This document shows, piece after piece, positions 1 through 10,337 of a stretch of DNA of 64,000 nt. The notes under the pieces were generated by a model, which saw nothing but the letters and a program-made list of their open reading frames with translations, was not told the DNA's origin and ran no database searches. This stretch comes from an uncultured Gemmatimonadales bacterium. Its GTDB lineage: Bacteria; Gemmatimonadota; Gemmatimonadetes; Gemmatimonadales; GWC2-71-9. How positions within the stretch are numbered: the first letter of the stretch is position 1; each line of letters begins with the position of its first letter. A program made the translations under genes and the position numbers. The stretch lies in the NCBI GenBank assembly GCA_963810165.1, contig CAWEMG010000049.1:11366-75365 (forward strand). The letters run 5' to 3'.

Positions 1-486
1 GTTCTCGTCGACCATGGCCTCGGCCAGCTTCGGATCCAGGCCGCGCTGCTCGGCCAGCGACCGGAACTCCGCCCGCATGGCCGATACCATCTTCTCAGAG
101 GCCTTGGTCCCCTCGCCGTCAACCGGCGTGGCGGCCCCGATGACGGCGCCGGGACGCATGTAGATCCCGTTGGTCGAGATGGCGATGAGCGCACCGGCGC
201 TGTATGCCCGCGGATTGACGAAGCCATATACCGGAATCCTGGCCCCCCGTACCGCATCGGCAATGCGCTCGGCTGCATCGACTCTGCCACCCGGCGTATC
301 GATGTCGAGGAATGCGGCGGCTGCCCCGGCTGATTCCGCTTCCCTGATGCTGCGGGCGACATAGGGTGCCAGCCCGTTCTCTACCACGCCCGAGACTGGG
401 ATGCGGTAGACGGTCGGAGCCTGGGCCCGGGGCACGAGCCAGGAGGTGGCAAGAAGAGCGAGCGTCAGTGACGTCAAACGGCGCAT
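1..486 (-). CDS. NfeD-like membrane-bound ClpP-class serine protease, N-terminal part (3' end runs off the window)
   Basis: Hand translation of the minus strand from ATG 486-484: MRRLTSLTLALLATSWLVPRAQAPTVYRIPVSGVVENGLAPYVARSIREAESAGAAAAFLDIDTPGGRVDAAERIADAVRGARIPVYGFVNPRAYSAGALIAISTNGIYMRPGAVIGAATPV... This shows a signal peptide plus the DTPGG / SAGALIA pattern typical of NfeD/S49-like proteases. Not in the ORF track because it has no stop in the window. Confidence 0.6.
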   Translation of the reverse strand, partial: MRRLTSLTLALLATSWLVPRAQAPTVYRIPVSGVVENGLAPYVARSIREAESAGAAAAFLDIDTPGGRVDAAERIADAVRGARIPVYGFVNPRAYSAGALIAISTNGIYMRPGAVIGAATPVDGEGTKASEKMVSAMRAEFRSLAEQRGLDPKLAEAMVDEN

Positions 487-563
487 CGCGGAATCCTGTG
501 GGGGGATGCCGCAATCTAGCCGGAGGCCTGTTTCGGGGCGAGGGGAAGGAGAGGGATGTGAGT

Positions 564-614
564 AAAAAACGGTGAACGGCAAACGGCGCGGCTGCACCCC
601 GTTTGCCGCTCACC
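564..614 (-). terminator. Intrinsic terminator after the sigma/anti-sigma/Spy-like operon
   Basis: On the minus strand the stem GGTGAGCGGCAAACGG / CCGTTTGCCGTTCACC (571-614) is followed by TTTTTT (564-569). It lies 21 nt downstream of the stop at 635. The stem is built from GGTGAACG/GCAAACG-type short repeats. Confidence 0.6.
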
Positions 615-634
615 GTTCATCGTTCACCGTAGAT

Positions 635-1195
635 TCAGATCTGGCCGGTCTCACGCGTCCGCTGGCGAACGTGGCTCCGGCCAGACTTCCCATCTTTGTG
701 CCAGTCCCGCATCTCGCCGCGGTGTCCGTGGACTTCCCGCACGCGATGTGCGAATCGCTCCCGCATCATATAGAGCTGGGCCCGCTGCACCGCGTTGAGA
801 TACTTGGACTGCTCCTTGATCTCGTCGCGAGAGAGCTGGGCCCGGGCTGACCTCAGCTCTATCATGGCGTCGGTGAGCTTGGCAACACTGTCCTGGTTGG
901 CCGCCACTCCGGGCTGCAGCTGATTTGCCAGCGCATTCCGCAGCCGCTCCTCCCGGCTTCGGAGATCGGCCCGCCTGACGCCGAACTGCCGGCTGGTGGC
1001 TCGGAGCTTGGCGGTCTGATCGTCGGTGAGCCTCAGCTTCTCCTGAGCTCGCGAAGCAAACCGCTCCTCGATGCGATGCCGGAGCGAGTCGGCTCGGGCG
1101 GAACTGGAGTCGGCACGCTGCGCGTACGCCAGGCTGAGCGGCGACAGCATCAGCACCAGAGACCATCTATATGCGGCTTGCATCAACCCTCCCAT
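635..1195 (-). CDS. Periplasmic Spy/CpxP-like (LTxxQ) stress protein
   Basis: Signal peptide MQAAYRWSLVLMLSPLSLAYAQ, an LTDDQ motif and a helical R/E/Q-rich body. Last gene of the ECF sigma operon. The alternative start ATG 1183-1181 overlaps the upstream stop (TGATG). Confidence 0.55.
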   Translation of the reverse strand: MGGLMQAAYRWSLVLMLSPLSLAYAQRADSSSARADSLRHRIEERFASRAQEKLRLTDDQTAKLRATSRQFGVRRADLRSREERLRNALANQLQPGVAANQDSVAKLTDAMIELRSARAQLSRDEIKEQSKYLNAVQRAQLYMMRERFAHRVREVHGHRGEMRDWHKDGKSGRSHVRQRTRETGQI

Positions 1196-1713
1196 GAGTT
1201 GAGGACACGTTCGAGTTCTTCCGAATTGAGGTCACCCAGTTCCAGGTCTTCACCGTTGGCGCTCCGGGCGGCGGCTTCATCCATGGTCTGAAGCACCGAA
1301 TCGAGCTCCGCCGGCTGCAGGCTCTCGAGCTCCGGCAGCGGGATCTCGAGCTGGCCTGCGACCAGCGACGCTTCGGGGATACCTGAGCTGCCGCGGCGTG
1401 GGCAGCTCTCCGGTCCAGACTGCGACCAGGACGGCCGCCGCGGCCGCCAGGCCCCCGAAGGTCCAAGTTCTGACTGCGGCGGCGCCTGGAGCTTCCTGTC
1501 ACGCTCCACTCGTCCCAGGACCGAGCCCGCGAGCGCGGCAGGCTCCAGCCGTTCGGCGGCGGCCGTTCCGAGGCGATTCGCCGCACAGACCAGCTTCCAT
1601 TCCAGCTGGCAGCCGCCGCATAGTGTCAGGTGTTGCACCTCCTGCTGCGTCCATTGGGCATGCCCCAGCGCCACAGCCGGCATCCGATCGGAGAGCCACC
1701 CACAGTCGCTCAT
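1183..1713 (-). CDS. Anti-sigma factor, zf-HC2 type
   Basis: N-terminal H-x3-C-x2-C (HLTLCGGC). The start overlaps the sigma-factor stop (ATGA at 1710-1713). Confidence 0.6.
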   Translation of the reverse strand: MSDCGWLSDRMPAVALGHAQWTQQEVQHLTLCGGCQLEWKLVCAANRLGTAAAERLEPAALAGSVLGRVERDRKLQAPPQSELGPSGAWRPRRPSWSQSGPESCPRRGSSGIPEASLVAGQLEIPLPELESLQPAELDSVLQTMDEAAARSANGEDLELGDLNSEELERVLNSWEG

Positions 1714-2297
1714 CGAACCAGCTCCTTCAGTCGCTTGACAGCGTGGTGATAGTGAACCCGGGCGGCACCGGGTGTGGTGCCAAGGGCCGCTGCGATCTCC
1801 TCGTACTCGGTGCCCTCCTGCACCCGCAGGAGGAAGACTTGTCGCTGCAGCCGCGGCAGCTGAGCCAGCCCTTCTCGCACCCGCGCTTCGGCTTCGGCCG
1901 CGGCCAGGTCCGCATGCGGATTCGATTCGGCGACGATGTCACGATCATCCAGCGGCACCAGCTTTCCCTTTCGCCTTCGCACCTGATCTCGAAGCAGGTT
2001 GCTGCCGATCGTCAGGAGCCAGCTCCGGAAGGAGGCGCCACCCCGCCAGCCGTCGACTCGGCGGAAGGCCCGAAACAGGGTCTCCTGCACCAGATCTTCG
2101 AGCTCGCCCGGATCAGCGCCGAGACTGTATAGGAACCGGCCCAGCGGCCTGGCGTGCCGGCGGACCAGCTCGGCGGCGGCGCGCTCGTCGCCGGCCCGAT
2201 AAGCGGCTACCAGCGCCGGGTCAGTTACGGAGTCGGGTCTGATTGAGCCCGGCATGGGAGGAGCGCTCATCCGAATGTGAGACGGGTGGCCGGCCAA
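1710..2297 (-). CDS. ECF (sigma-70 family) RNA polymerase sigma factor
   Basis: Region 2 (LVQETLFRAFRR...FRSWLLTIGSNLLRDQVRRR) and region 4 (LPRLQRQVFLLRVQEGTEYEEIAAALGTTPGAARVHYHHAVKRL). The true start may be an internal Met (MSAPP or MPGS). Confidence 0.85.
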   Translation of the reverse strand: MAGHPSHIRMSAPPMPGSIRPDSVTDPALVAAYRAGDERAAAELVRRHARPLGRFLYSLGADPGELEDLVQETLFRAFRRVDGWRGGASFRSWLLTIGSNLLRDQVRRRKGKLVPLDDRDIVAESNPHADLAAAEAEARVREGLAQLPRLQRQVFLLRVQEGTEYEEIAAALGTTPGAARVHYHHAVKRLKELVR

Positions 2298-2339
2298 TTT
2301 GTTAATTGGCCGGGGGAGAGTGGCGGGCTATCTTAGGCC

Positions 2340-3045
2340 ATGCGACGGCCAAGTGTGATCGCCCACCGGGGCGCTTCCGGATACGAATACGAAAACTCGC
2401 GAGCGGCGTTTCGGCGCGCGATAATGCTCGACGCCGATGGCATCGAGCTGGACATTCACGCCACCCGGGACGGTGGCATCGTCGTTCACCACGATCCCGA
2501 GATTCCCGGCGTAGGCCCGATCTCCCAGCTCTCGCTCGCCGAGGCCAGGCGGGTGATGCTGCAGAAACGGCGAGACCGTGCCGCTCCTGAGTGAGATTCT
2601 GGAGCTGGTCGGAGACCGGGACGTCTGGGTCGAGGTGAAGACGCTGCCCGCCCGCTACGATCATCTGCTGCTCGCCGTCCTGGACCAGGGGCCGGCGCCG
2701 GCGAGCTACGCGGTGCACAGCTTCGATCACCGGATCGTGCACCGTCTGGGCGAGGCCCGGCCCGCGCTGCCGCGCGGGATTCTGCTCACCGCTTATCTGC
2801 GCGATACGGTCGCGGTCATGCGCTCGGTGGGCGCCACCACGCTGTGGCAGGAGTGGCAGCAGGTGGACCAGGACCTGGTAACGCAGGTGCACGAGGCCGG
2901 TCTCAGCGTCATTGCCTGGACCGTGAACGAGATCGGCGACCTGGACCGCATGGTGCGGCTGGGCGTCGATGGCCTGTGCGGCAACTACCCGGACCGGATC
3001 CGGGTTGCCATTGCACCCCGGCTCGACCAGGTGTCTCGCGCCTGA
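2340..3045 (+). pseudogene. Glycerophosphodiester phosphodiesterase (GDPD), one frame break near 2565
   Basis: ORF 2340-2594 (VIAHRGASGYEYENSRAAF...IELDIHATRDGGIVVHHD) and ORF 2578-3045 (VPLLSEILELV...VWVEVK...VIAWTVNE) are the two halves of one GDPD. The +1 frame at CAGAAACGGCGAG reads NGETVPLLSEIL. Confidence 0.8.
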
Positions 3046-3052
3046 GTCGGGC

Positions 3053-3391
3053 CTAGTGCGTCTCGGTGCGATCCGCGGCGACCTCGACCGGAGCCGGCGA
3101 TGGATCCCCTGGGGCCCCGGCGCGCCTCGGCGATCTGCTGTTCCAGCCGCGCCACCTCGGCCTGAAGATCGTCAGCCGCAGCAGCAGCGCGTCGAAGCGG
3201 CGCGCCTCCACCTCGCCACCGCGCTCCCGGCGATGCACCAGCAGGCCGAGGTCGCGGGCGGCACGGTCCTGCCGGCGCCGGAGCCGCAGCAGCTCGATCT
3301 GCAGCTTGCCCTCGTCGAGCGCCGCCTGAGCCTTCTTGCCGAACGCCTCGAGCTCATGGTTGAGCCGGTCGAAGAGCGTGGATTTCGTCAT
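3053..3391 (-). CDS. Small coiled-coil hypothetical protein
   Basis: GGAGGA lies 5 nt upstream of ATG 3391. Sequence MTKSTLFDRLNHELEAFGKKAQAALDEGKLQIELLRLRRRQDRAARD... Around 3170 a shifted frame reads a better heptad continuation (DDLQAEVARLEQQIAEA), so there may be a frame break. Confidence 0.4.
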   Translation of the reverse strand: MTKSTLFDRLNHELEAFGKKAQAALDEGKLQIELLRLRRRQDRAARDLGLLVHRRERGGEVEARRFDALLLRLTIFRPRWRGWNSRSPRRAGAPGDPSPAPVEVAADRTETH

Positions 3392-3495
3392 GGCATCCTC
3401 CGGTGGAGATAGCTGAGCTTGGAGCTTGGAGCTGGGAGCCCAGCACAACGCCAGGATCCGACGCGCTCCGCGCCGCCACTGTTTCAACATAACAG

Positions 3496-3526
3496 AAAAA
3501 AGGGACGCAGAGTGTGTCTGCGTCCC
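3496..3526 (-). terminator. Intrinsic terminator after rpmA
   Basis: Minus strand: GGGACGCAGA-cacac-TCTGCGTCCC followed by TTTTTT (3496-3501), 27 nt after the rpmA stop. Confidence 0.75.
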
Positions 3527-3552
3527 AGCTCCTGACTCCCGGCTCCCCGCTA

Positions 3553-3825
3553 CTAAGAGGCAGCCACCTCAGCCGCCGGGTACACCGACACCTTCTGCCG
3601 GTTCTTGTCCTTGAACTCGAACTTGACCACCCCGTCCACGAGCGCGAAGAGGGTGTCGTCGTTGGCCCGGCGGACATTCCGGCCGGCGTGGAACTTGGTT
3701 CCCCGCTGGCGCACCAGGATGTTGCCGGCCACCACCTGCTCCCCACCGTAGCGCTTCACGCCGAGATACTGGGGATTGCTGGTCCGGCCGTTGCGGCTGG
3801 AGCCTACGCCCTTTTTGTGTGCCAT
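3553..3825 (-). CDS. rpmA: 50S ribosomal protein L27
   Basis: [51 protein letters not shown] is the canonical L27 N-terminus. Confidence 0.97.
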   Translation of the reverse strand: MAHKKGVGSSRNGRTSNPQYLGVKRYGGEQVVAGNILVRQRGTKFHAGRNVRRANDDTLFALVDGVVKFEFKDKNRQKVSVYPAAEVAAS

Positions 3826-3832
3826 ATGCGCC

Positions 3833-4147
3833 TCAACCCAGCTTGACGTCGGTGATGCGGACTTCGGTGAACTTCTGCCGGTGTCCGGTCTTCCGGCGGT
3901 AGTTCTTCCGCCGCTTGAACTTGAACACGTAGATCTTGGGCTCCTTGCCCTCGCCCACCACCTCGGCCACCACCTTGGCGCCTTTGACCAGCGGCGCGCC
4001 CGCCTTGATGGTCTCTCCGTCCGAGGAGAGAAGCACCTCGTCGAAGGTGATCTTCGAGCCCGCCTCCGCGGTCATGAGCGGCAGCCGGAGGGTCTTCCCC
4101 TTCTCGGCCCTGAACTGCTTCCCAGCCGCCCGGAAAATGGCGTACAT
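3833..4147 (-). CDS. rplU: 50S ribosomal protein L21
   Basis: [23 protein letters not shown]...[23 protein letters not shown] is the canonical L21 sequence, directly upstream of rpmA. Confidence 0.97.
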   Translation of the reverse strand: MYAIFRAAGKQFRAEKGKTLRLPLMTAEAGSKITFDEVLLSSDGETIKAGAPLVKGAKVVAEVVGEGKEPKIYVFKFKRRKNYRRKTGHRQKFTEVRITDVKLG

Positions 4148-4225
4148 ATCTACCTGTCTGACTTAAAAGGTGGTCGAACGACAGCCGGTAAACTTAGACA
4201 GGCACGGCGGTTGAGACAAGGGGCG

Positions 4226-5960
4226 TCAGGCGACCGCGTAGAGCTCCGTCACGTCCCGTCCCGCCGGCCGGCTCATCAGGCGGAACTCGTCCAGCCGCAT
4301 CATGGGGTCATCCCGAAGCTCGATGTCCACCCCGGTCAGCTTGGTGAGGGTCTGAAGCAGCCGGGGCTCCTCCTCCAGCAGGTACAGCGCCACCTCAGGA
4401 TGCAGCCGGACGGTCAGCTGCCGTTCGCGCCGGTCGTGTCCCGCCCGCTTGAGAGCCCGCTCCAGCCGCCGGGCCACTACTTCAGGCGTGAATACCCGGC
4501 CTGAAGCGGCGCAGGTGGGGCAGTCGGTGGTCATGGAGTGCCACAGCGATGGCCGGACCCGCTGGCGGGTCATTTCCACCAGTCCCAGCTCGGACACGGC
4601 CAGCGCCTTGGTGCGGGCCCGATCGCGGCCCAGGTGGGTGCGCAGCTCCTGGAGCACCTTGTCGCGGTTGGACCTGGTCTCCATGTCGATGAAGTCGCAC
4701 ACGATGATGCCGCCGATGTCCCGGAGACGGATCTGCCGGGCGATCTCGCGGGCCGCTTCGATGTTGGTGCGGAGGATGGTCTTCTCCGGATCCTTCTTGC
4801 CGGTATAGCGGCCGGTGTTGACGTCGATACTGATCAGCGCCTCGGTCGGCTGGATGACGAGGGAGCCGCCGGTGGGCAGCTCGACCCGGGCCTTGAAGAG
4901 GTCGCGGATCTCGGATTCGATATCGAACTTGTCGAACAGCGGCGTGGCGTCGGTGTAGAGGTGCACCCGGCTCATCAGCTCGGGATCGATCTGCTGGAGG
5001 TACTGCTCGATCTCGTTGTACAGCTCCTTCATGTCGACGTGGAGCGCATCGACCTTGGCGCTGAACAGGTCCCGGATGATGCCTCGGGTCAGGCTGGTCT
5101 CGCGCTGGAGCAGTGCCGGAGCCCGCCGCACGAAGCTCTTCTTACGGTTGATCTTCTTCCACAAGGCGAGCAGAGACTCGATCTCGCGCCGGAAGTGATC
5201 TTCGGTGACCCCTTCCGCTACCGTCCTGACGATCACGCCACCCGAATTCTCCGGCAGCAGCTTGGTGACCATCTCCCGCAGCTTGGCGCGCTGCTCCCGG
5301 CTCTCGATCTTCCGGCTGACGCCGACCTTCGAGGCGTAGGGCATGTAGACCAGGAACCGGCCCGGCAGCGAGATCTGCGCCGTCACCCGGCAGCCCTTGG
5401 AACCTATCGGCTCCTTGGTCACCTGGACGGGAAGGCTCTGCCCCTTCTTCAGAATGTCCTGGATGTTGGGGAACGCACGGCGGGGAGAGATCTCGCGCTG
5501 GCGGGCCTCACCGGCTGGTTTCTCAGCGGCGCCATTCCCGCGGCGCCCCCGGCGCCGGTCCCGGCTCCGCCAACCACCCGCCTTGCGCTCGGGGGGCGGG
5601 TCAGTGACTCCGGGGGGCTCACTCGCCTCTGGCTGCTCGGTCGACCTCGTCCTCGGCAGCCTCCTCCTCTTCCGGCTCCTCGTCCTCATCCGGCTCGAGG
5701 AGATCGGAGGCGTGCAGGAAGGCGCTCTTCTCCTGACCAATGTCGACGAACGCGGCCTGGATGCCCGGAAGGACGGCTTCGACGCGGCCAAGGTAAATGT
5801 CACCCACGGTGCGGCGATGGTCGGGACGGTCCACCAGCAGCTCTACCAGCCTATCGTCTTCCAGGATGGCCACACGGGTTTCCCGCTGGCTCCCATTGAT
5901 CAGGATCTCGCGCTTCAAGTATGACCTCGTGGAGATCACCGGGACCGCCCGGTGATTCAC
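4226..5960 (-). pseudogene. rng: Ribonuclease G/E family endoribonuclease, one frame break near 5640
   Basis: N-terminal ORF 5619-5960 has the S1 domain start (REILINGSQRETRVAILEDDRLVELLVDR...GDIYLGRVEAVLPGIQAAFVDIG). ORF 4226-5803 continues with IQDILKKGQSLPVQVTKEPIGSKG...GGIIVCDFIDM...CPTC. The join lies in an acidic linker. A likely true start is TTG 5918 (MKREILIN). Confidence 0.85.
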
Positions 5961-6046
5961 TCATCCCAGAGAAAACGCGCTCCTCGGAGGCTGCCCACGA
6001 CCGTATGGAGGAGCATGCCGCGAAAAGCGCGTCGCTGCTGGCGCTA

Positions 6047-6075
6047 ATTATATGTAGGGGAGTGATTTAGAGCAA
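6047..6075 (-). promoter_or_regulatory. Sigma-70-like promoter for the rng-rplU-rpmA operon
   Basis: Minus strand: TTGCTC (6075-6070), a 17-nt spacer, then TATAAT (6052-6047). It sits about 90-130 nt upstream of the rng start candidates. Confidence 0.5.
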
Positions 6076-6082
6076 TGAGGGC

Positions 6083-6169
6083 GAGTCGCCAGTCGCCGGT
6101 TGCCGGTTGCTAGTTGCTCAGTCGGCGACGAAGGTTGGCCCTGACTGGCGACTGACGACTGGCGACTGC
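6083..6169. repeat. Heptamer-repeat inverted arms (AGTCGCC / GGTTGCC units)
   Basis: GAGTCGCCAGTCGCC-GGTTGCCGGTTGCTAGTTGC...CTGACTGGCGACTGACGACTGGCGACTGC. The left AGTCGCCAGTCG is the reverse complement of the right CGACTGGCGACT. The right arm abuts the acyl-CoA dehydrogenase stop codon. Confidence 0.6.
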
Positions 6170-7386
6170 TAATCCACCGTCTCCCCCAGAATGTGCCTGG
6201 CAATCACGATCCGCTGGATCTCGCTGGTCCCTTCCCCGATCTCGCAGACCTTGGCATCTCGCATCATGCGCTCCACCGGGTACTCGGTGGTGTAGCCGTA
6301 GCCGCCGAAGATCTGGACTGCCTTGGTGGTGGCCCGCATGGCCAGCTCCGAGCAGAACAGCTTGGCCATGGCCGCCTCCTTCTTGAAGGGGCGGCCGCTC
6401 TGCTTGAGCCAGGCAGCGTGGTACAGGAGATGGGTTCCGGCCTCGATCTCCAGGGCCATATCGGCGAGCTGGAAGCTGACGCCCTGGAAGCTCCCAATGG
6501 GGCGGCCGAACTGTTTTCTCACCCCGGCGTACTTCAGGGCTTCCTCGTAGGCTCCCTCCGCGATGCCGAGGGAGAGCGCGGCGATCCCGATGCGGCCCGC
6601 GTCGAGGGTCTTGAGGAAGTTGATGAAACCGTAGCCCGGCCGCCCCAGTACGTTCTCCTTCGGCACCACCGCATCTTCGAAGATCAGCTCCCGGGTGTCG
6701 CTGGCCCGCCACCCCATCTTGTCCTGCTTCTTCCCCGCCCTGACCCCCTTGGTCTTGGGCAGATCGGGTGCGTGGCCGATGCCCAGCCGGCGAGCCTGAT
6801 CCAGATCGACCGTGTCCTTGGTGACGATAAAGCTGGTGATTCCCTTGTTCCCTTTGCCGGCCTCGGTGCGCGCGGTGATCACGAATACTTCGCCCACGCC
6901 CGCATGAGTGATGAAGATCTTGGAGCCGTTCACCAGATAGTGATCGCCCTTATCCACCGCCGTGGTTGCGGTCCCGCCGGCATCGCTGCCGGCTCCCGGC
7001 TCCGTCAGGCCGAAGCCACCCAGAACGCGCCCCGACGCCAGCAGGGGCACGTATCTGCGCTTCTGCTCCTCGGTGCCGAACTCGACGATGGGAGATGTGC
7101 CCAGGTTGGTGTGGGCACTGATGGTCAGCGCATGACTGGCGTCGACCTTTGCCATCTCGTGGATGGTGATGTAGTACGACAGCTGATCCATGCCCGCACC
7201 GCCCAACTCCTCGCTCCAGGGAACTCCCAGGAGCCCCAGCTCGCCCATCGCCTTGATGTTGTCCCACGGGAAGGTCGAGGTACGATCGAGCTCCGGCGCC
7301 ACGGGGAGGATGTGGGTCTGCGAGAAGTCACGCACCATCTCGCGAACCTGGTGGTGGTGCTCGGTGAAGTACAACGAGTCGTCCAT
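6169..7386 (-). CDS. Acyl-CoA dehydrogenase
   Basis: 405 aa, intact. [78 protein letters not shown]. Confidence 0.92.
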   Translation of the reverse strand: MDDSLYFTEHHHQVREMVRDFSQTHILPVAPELDRTSTFPWDNIKAMGELGLLGVPWSEELGGAGMDQLSYYITIHEMAKVDASHALTISAHTNLGTSPIVEFGTEEQKRRYVPLLASGRVLGGFGLTEPGAGSDAGGTATTAVDKGDHYLVNGSKIFITHAGVGEVFVITARTEAGKGNKGITSFIVTKDTVDLDQARRLGIGHAPDLPKTKGVRAGKKQDKMGWRASDTRELIFEDAVVPKENVLGRPGYGFINFLKTLDAGRIGIAALSLGIAEGAYEEALKYAGVRKQFGRPIGSFQGVSFQLADMALEIEAGTHLLYHAAWLKQSGRPFKKEAAMAKLFCSELAMRATTKAVQIFGGYGYTTEYPVERMMRDAKVCEIGEGTSEIQRIVIARHILGETVD

Positions 7387-7428
7387 CGTGTTGCGTGCTC
7401 CGGTCAGGTGGTGGAACCAGTCACCAAG

Positions 7429-9286
7429 CTAACCCGGAGGCATGAGGGGAGCCACCGCCTGCTCGGCCGTGCCTCCCTCATGCCGCACCAGCCGCAGCAG
7501 ATCATCGGCAAACTTCGCCAGGGCCCTCGGACCGACCCCGCGTATTCCGGCCAGATCCACTCTCGTCTCCGGCCGTCTGGCCGAAACGGCGCGGAGCACT
7601 GCGTCCGGTATGACCACGTAGGCGGGCACGCCCATCTCTACGGCCACCCCGGCACGCCACGCTTCCAGTCTCATGTACATCGGGATCAGGAGGCGGGTCT
7701 TGGGATTCCGGCTCAGCGGAGAGCGCACGAAGAACCACGGCGCCGAGACGGGACGCGAGCGCCGGGCCGACTCCCGGCACATCGGCCAGGGATGCCGCGT
7801 CTGGGGGTGGCTGGCGAGCCAGCCGAAGCAGCACCCGTGGCTCCAGCGGACAGCCTCCCCACACGGCGTCCCGGCCCGCGAGTGCGCGCCTGAGCCGGCC
7901 CAATCGAGCGGCGACTTCCTGATCGGCGGGTGCCGGAATCGGCTTGGTACCACAGCGATCACAGCCGGCGCAACGGGTGAGGCGCTCTCCGAAATACCCC
8001 ACCAGCCGAGCCCGCCGACATCTACCTTCCCGGGCGTATGCTTCCACGGCCTGGATGCGTGCCTCCGCCTGTGACCGGCGCTCCCGAATCGGCCGCCAGT
8101 CAACCGGACCTCGCTCGGGGTGCAGCTCCCGCCGCAGCCGCTCGGCGGATTCCAGCACGTTGCCGGGAACGCCGACCCGCCCATCTCGCTCGTGCCAGAT
8201 TTGCTCCAGCAGCCGCCGGGCCGGGAACGTGACATCCAGCTGGCGGCGGTGGAGGTCGGCGTCTGCGGACCTCCACAGCAGCACGCAGCGGGCGAACTCT
8301 CCGTCTCGTCCGGCTCGGCCGGCCTCCTGGTAGTAGGCCTCCGGGGTGGGCGGCGGACTCCAGTGGACCACCAGCCGGACCGACGGCTTGTCTATCCCCA
8401 TGCCGAAGGCGCAAGTGGCGACAATGACGTCAACCCGATCTCGCAGGAAATTGTCCAGAGTGGCTGCACGGGTAGTCTTGGAGAGACCGGCATGGTACGG
8501 CGCGGCCCGGTGGCCGGCTTTCACGAGTGCACGGGCTATGGCTTCCGTGCTGCCCCGGGTAGGAGCGTAGACGATGGACATGGCATCGTCTCCCTGCAGA
8601 AGACGGAGCAAAGTCTGCAGCCGCTCCTTCTCACTGGCGACACGTACCGCACCGAACCAGAGATTCCGCCGGTCGAACGACCCGAGATGCAATGCGTAGC
8701 CAGGCCGGAGCCGGAGCGCGCGCGCGATTTCCTCCCGCACGCCGGGCGTGGCGCTTCCGGTGAGCGCTACCGCCTGGGGCTGGCCCAGCCGATATCGAGC
8801 GCGCGACAGCCTGCGGTAGCTGGGACGGAAATCATGTCCCCATTCGGCAATGCAGTGCGCCTCGTCCACCACCAGCAGCCGAGGCCGAGTGCCTCGGGCC
8901 AGGAGCTCTTCGCTGAGGCGCTCGAGCCGCTCTGGTGACACGTACAGCAACCGTAGAGAACCGTCGGCAACACCTCGACGAACCTCCGCCTGCTCCGCCT
9001 TGCTCAAACTGCTGTTGAGACAGGCGGCAGGAAGTCCTCGGGCCCGTGCGGCTTCGACCTGGTCCTGCATCAGCGAGATCAGCGGTGAGACCACGATGCT
9101 GAGGCCCGGCAGCACCAGTGCGGGAATCTGGAAACAGATCGATTTCCCGCCCCCGGTTGGCAGCACTGCGAGCGTGTCACGACCATCGAAGATGGACTGG
9201 AGAATGGGGATCTGCGAGCGGCGGAAATCCGGGTATCCGAAGTGGTGCAGCAGGAGACGGCGTGCCTCGGCCATATGATCGGTCAC
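7429..9286 (-). pseudogene. recQ: ATP-dependent DNA helicase RecQ, one frame break near 7.71 kb
   Basis: ORF 7502-9286 has FRRSQIPILQSIF, LPTGGGKSICFQIPAL, DEAHCIAEWGHDFRPSY, a Zn-binding CAGCDRC and a first HhH/HRDC-like segment. A second HRDC (LEAWRAGVAVEMGVPAYVVIPDAVLRAVSARRP...GIRGVGPRALAKFADDLL) lies in ORF 7429-8235 in another frame. Confidence 0.88.
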
Positions 9287-9482
9287 ACCCGAAGATGCCC
9301 GGATTGCCGGGAAGTCAGGATTCAGAAAACTGCAGCGATGGGCCTCGAAGCGCGGAGCCTGCGGTGCTAATTCTCACAAGAAACGGTAGACAGAGAGGCC
9401 GGTGATCATCGGCCTCCATGCCTACCGCTCTTAGTCTTCGCCTTGCGTCCTGCTCAACTTCGTCGGTCGGTACCGCTTCCCG

Positions 9483-10055
9483 TCAGTCACCGCCCAGGCG
9501 TATTCCCAACGTGATCGGAATGAACTGTGCATCGGAACTGCCCTCTCCGAACACATTATGAAAGCGTCCTTCAACGAAGAAACCGATACCGCTGGTCTTG
9601 ATGTCGAAGCCGGCCCCACCATTGATGCCGAAATCCGTGCTGGTGTCGCCATCACCGGGCGCCACTACGTCGTCGCCACCCACCGATTTGAAGTTGTAAA
9701 TGCCACCTCCAGCAATTAGGTAGGGGCGAAATGTGCTTTCCTCTGAGGTCTTGAACTTGTACACGAGGTTGGCCGTCCCCTGAATGATCTGGCTCGTCAG
9801 ATCGCCGGGGATGGCGTCATCGAATGCGAGGCGCTGGTACATGCCGTCAATCTGAATACCCAGTGGAAAGGAGCCGGGAACGAACGATATCCCGACCAAG
9901 CCGTGAAAGCCGGTCTTGGCCGCGTCGGCATAGTCACTCAGCGGGACAGTGGCTCCACCGCCTAGAGAAAACTCCGCGCCCTGCGCTCGAACGGTAGGCG
10001 CACTAAGCAGCATTCCCAATGCGAGTGCCGCCGTACCCCTCAGAAGCCCCCTCAT
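9483..10055 (-). CDS. Outer-membrane beta-barrel protein (OmpA-like porin family)
   Basis: Signal peptide MRGLLRGTAALALGMLLSAPTVRAQ followed by alternating beta-strand pattern with G/Y/F-rich turns. 190 aa. Confidence 0.6.
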   Translation of the reverse strand: MRGLLRGTAALALGMLLSAPTVRAQGAEFSLGGGATVPLSDYADAAKTGFHGLVGISFVPGSFPLGIQIDGMYQRLAFDDAIPGDLTSQIIQGTANLVYKFKTSEESTFRPYLIAGGGIYNFKSVGGDDVVAPGDGDTSTDFGINGGAGFDIKTSGIGFFVEGRFHNVFGEGSSDAQFIPITLGIRLGGD

Positions 10056-10139
10056 AGATCCTCCATGTCAGCGAGGTGATGCCATCAGTGTTGTGGGGGG
10101 CAAAGTAGTAGGCCTAGGAAATGGGACCTGTGAGCGCCG

Positions 10140-10337
10140 TCACAATTCCTGGTCCGGATGAGAGTTCCCGTCCTCCCGCTTGCGAGTGATCAGACGGGCG
10201 GCGAGGGAGATAAGTAGCACGGCGATGGCCGCCCAGACAAGCCAACTGTCGTTCAGGGCGATGCTCGCGAACGCGAGCACGAAGCCCAGTGCCGCGAACG
10301 CGAGGCGCAGGCGATTCGTTGCCTGCACCCGATTCAT
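10140..10337 (-). CDS. Small membrane protein, hypothetical
   Basis: 65 aa with two hydrophobic helices (LRLAFAALGFVLAFASIAL, WLVWAAIAVLLISLAA). The start overlaps the enoyl-CoA hydratase stop by 4 nt. Confidence 0.35.
   Translation of the reverse strand: MNRVQATNRLRLAFAALGFVLAFASIALNDSWLVWAAIAVLLISLAARLITRKREDGNSHPDQEL

Noticed and set aside
4148-4225. Structured ribosomal-protein leader upstream of rplU
   Set aside because: I could pair only a 7-bp stem (CCTGTCT/AGACAGG) around a large loop, which is not enough to call a leader motif.
6193-7893. 566-aa ORF on the plus strand. Similar long antisense ORFs: 4538-5899 (+), 20429-21823 (+), 53614-54921 (-), 34779-35954 (+), 10289-11176 (+), 16684-17763 (+).
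   Set aside because: All lie antisense to confidently recognised genes (acyl-CoA dehydrogenase, RNase G, mutase, GH97, arginase-fold, crotonase, carboxyltransferase). They have R/G/P/A-rich low-complexity translations typical of stop-poor shadow frames in high-GC DNA.
9391-9415. Hairpin GAGGCCG-gtgatcat-CGGCCTC as terminator of the outer-membrane protein gene
   Set aside because: It lies about 70 nt from the stop and is followed only by a weakly T-rich stretch. It is plausible but too weak to list as a feature.
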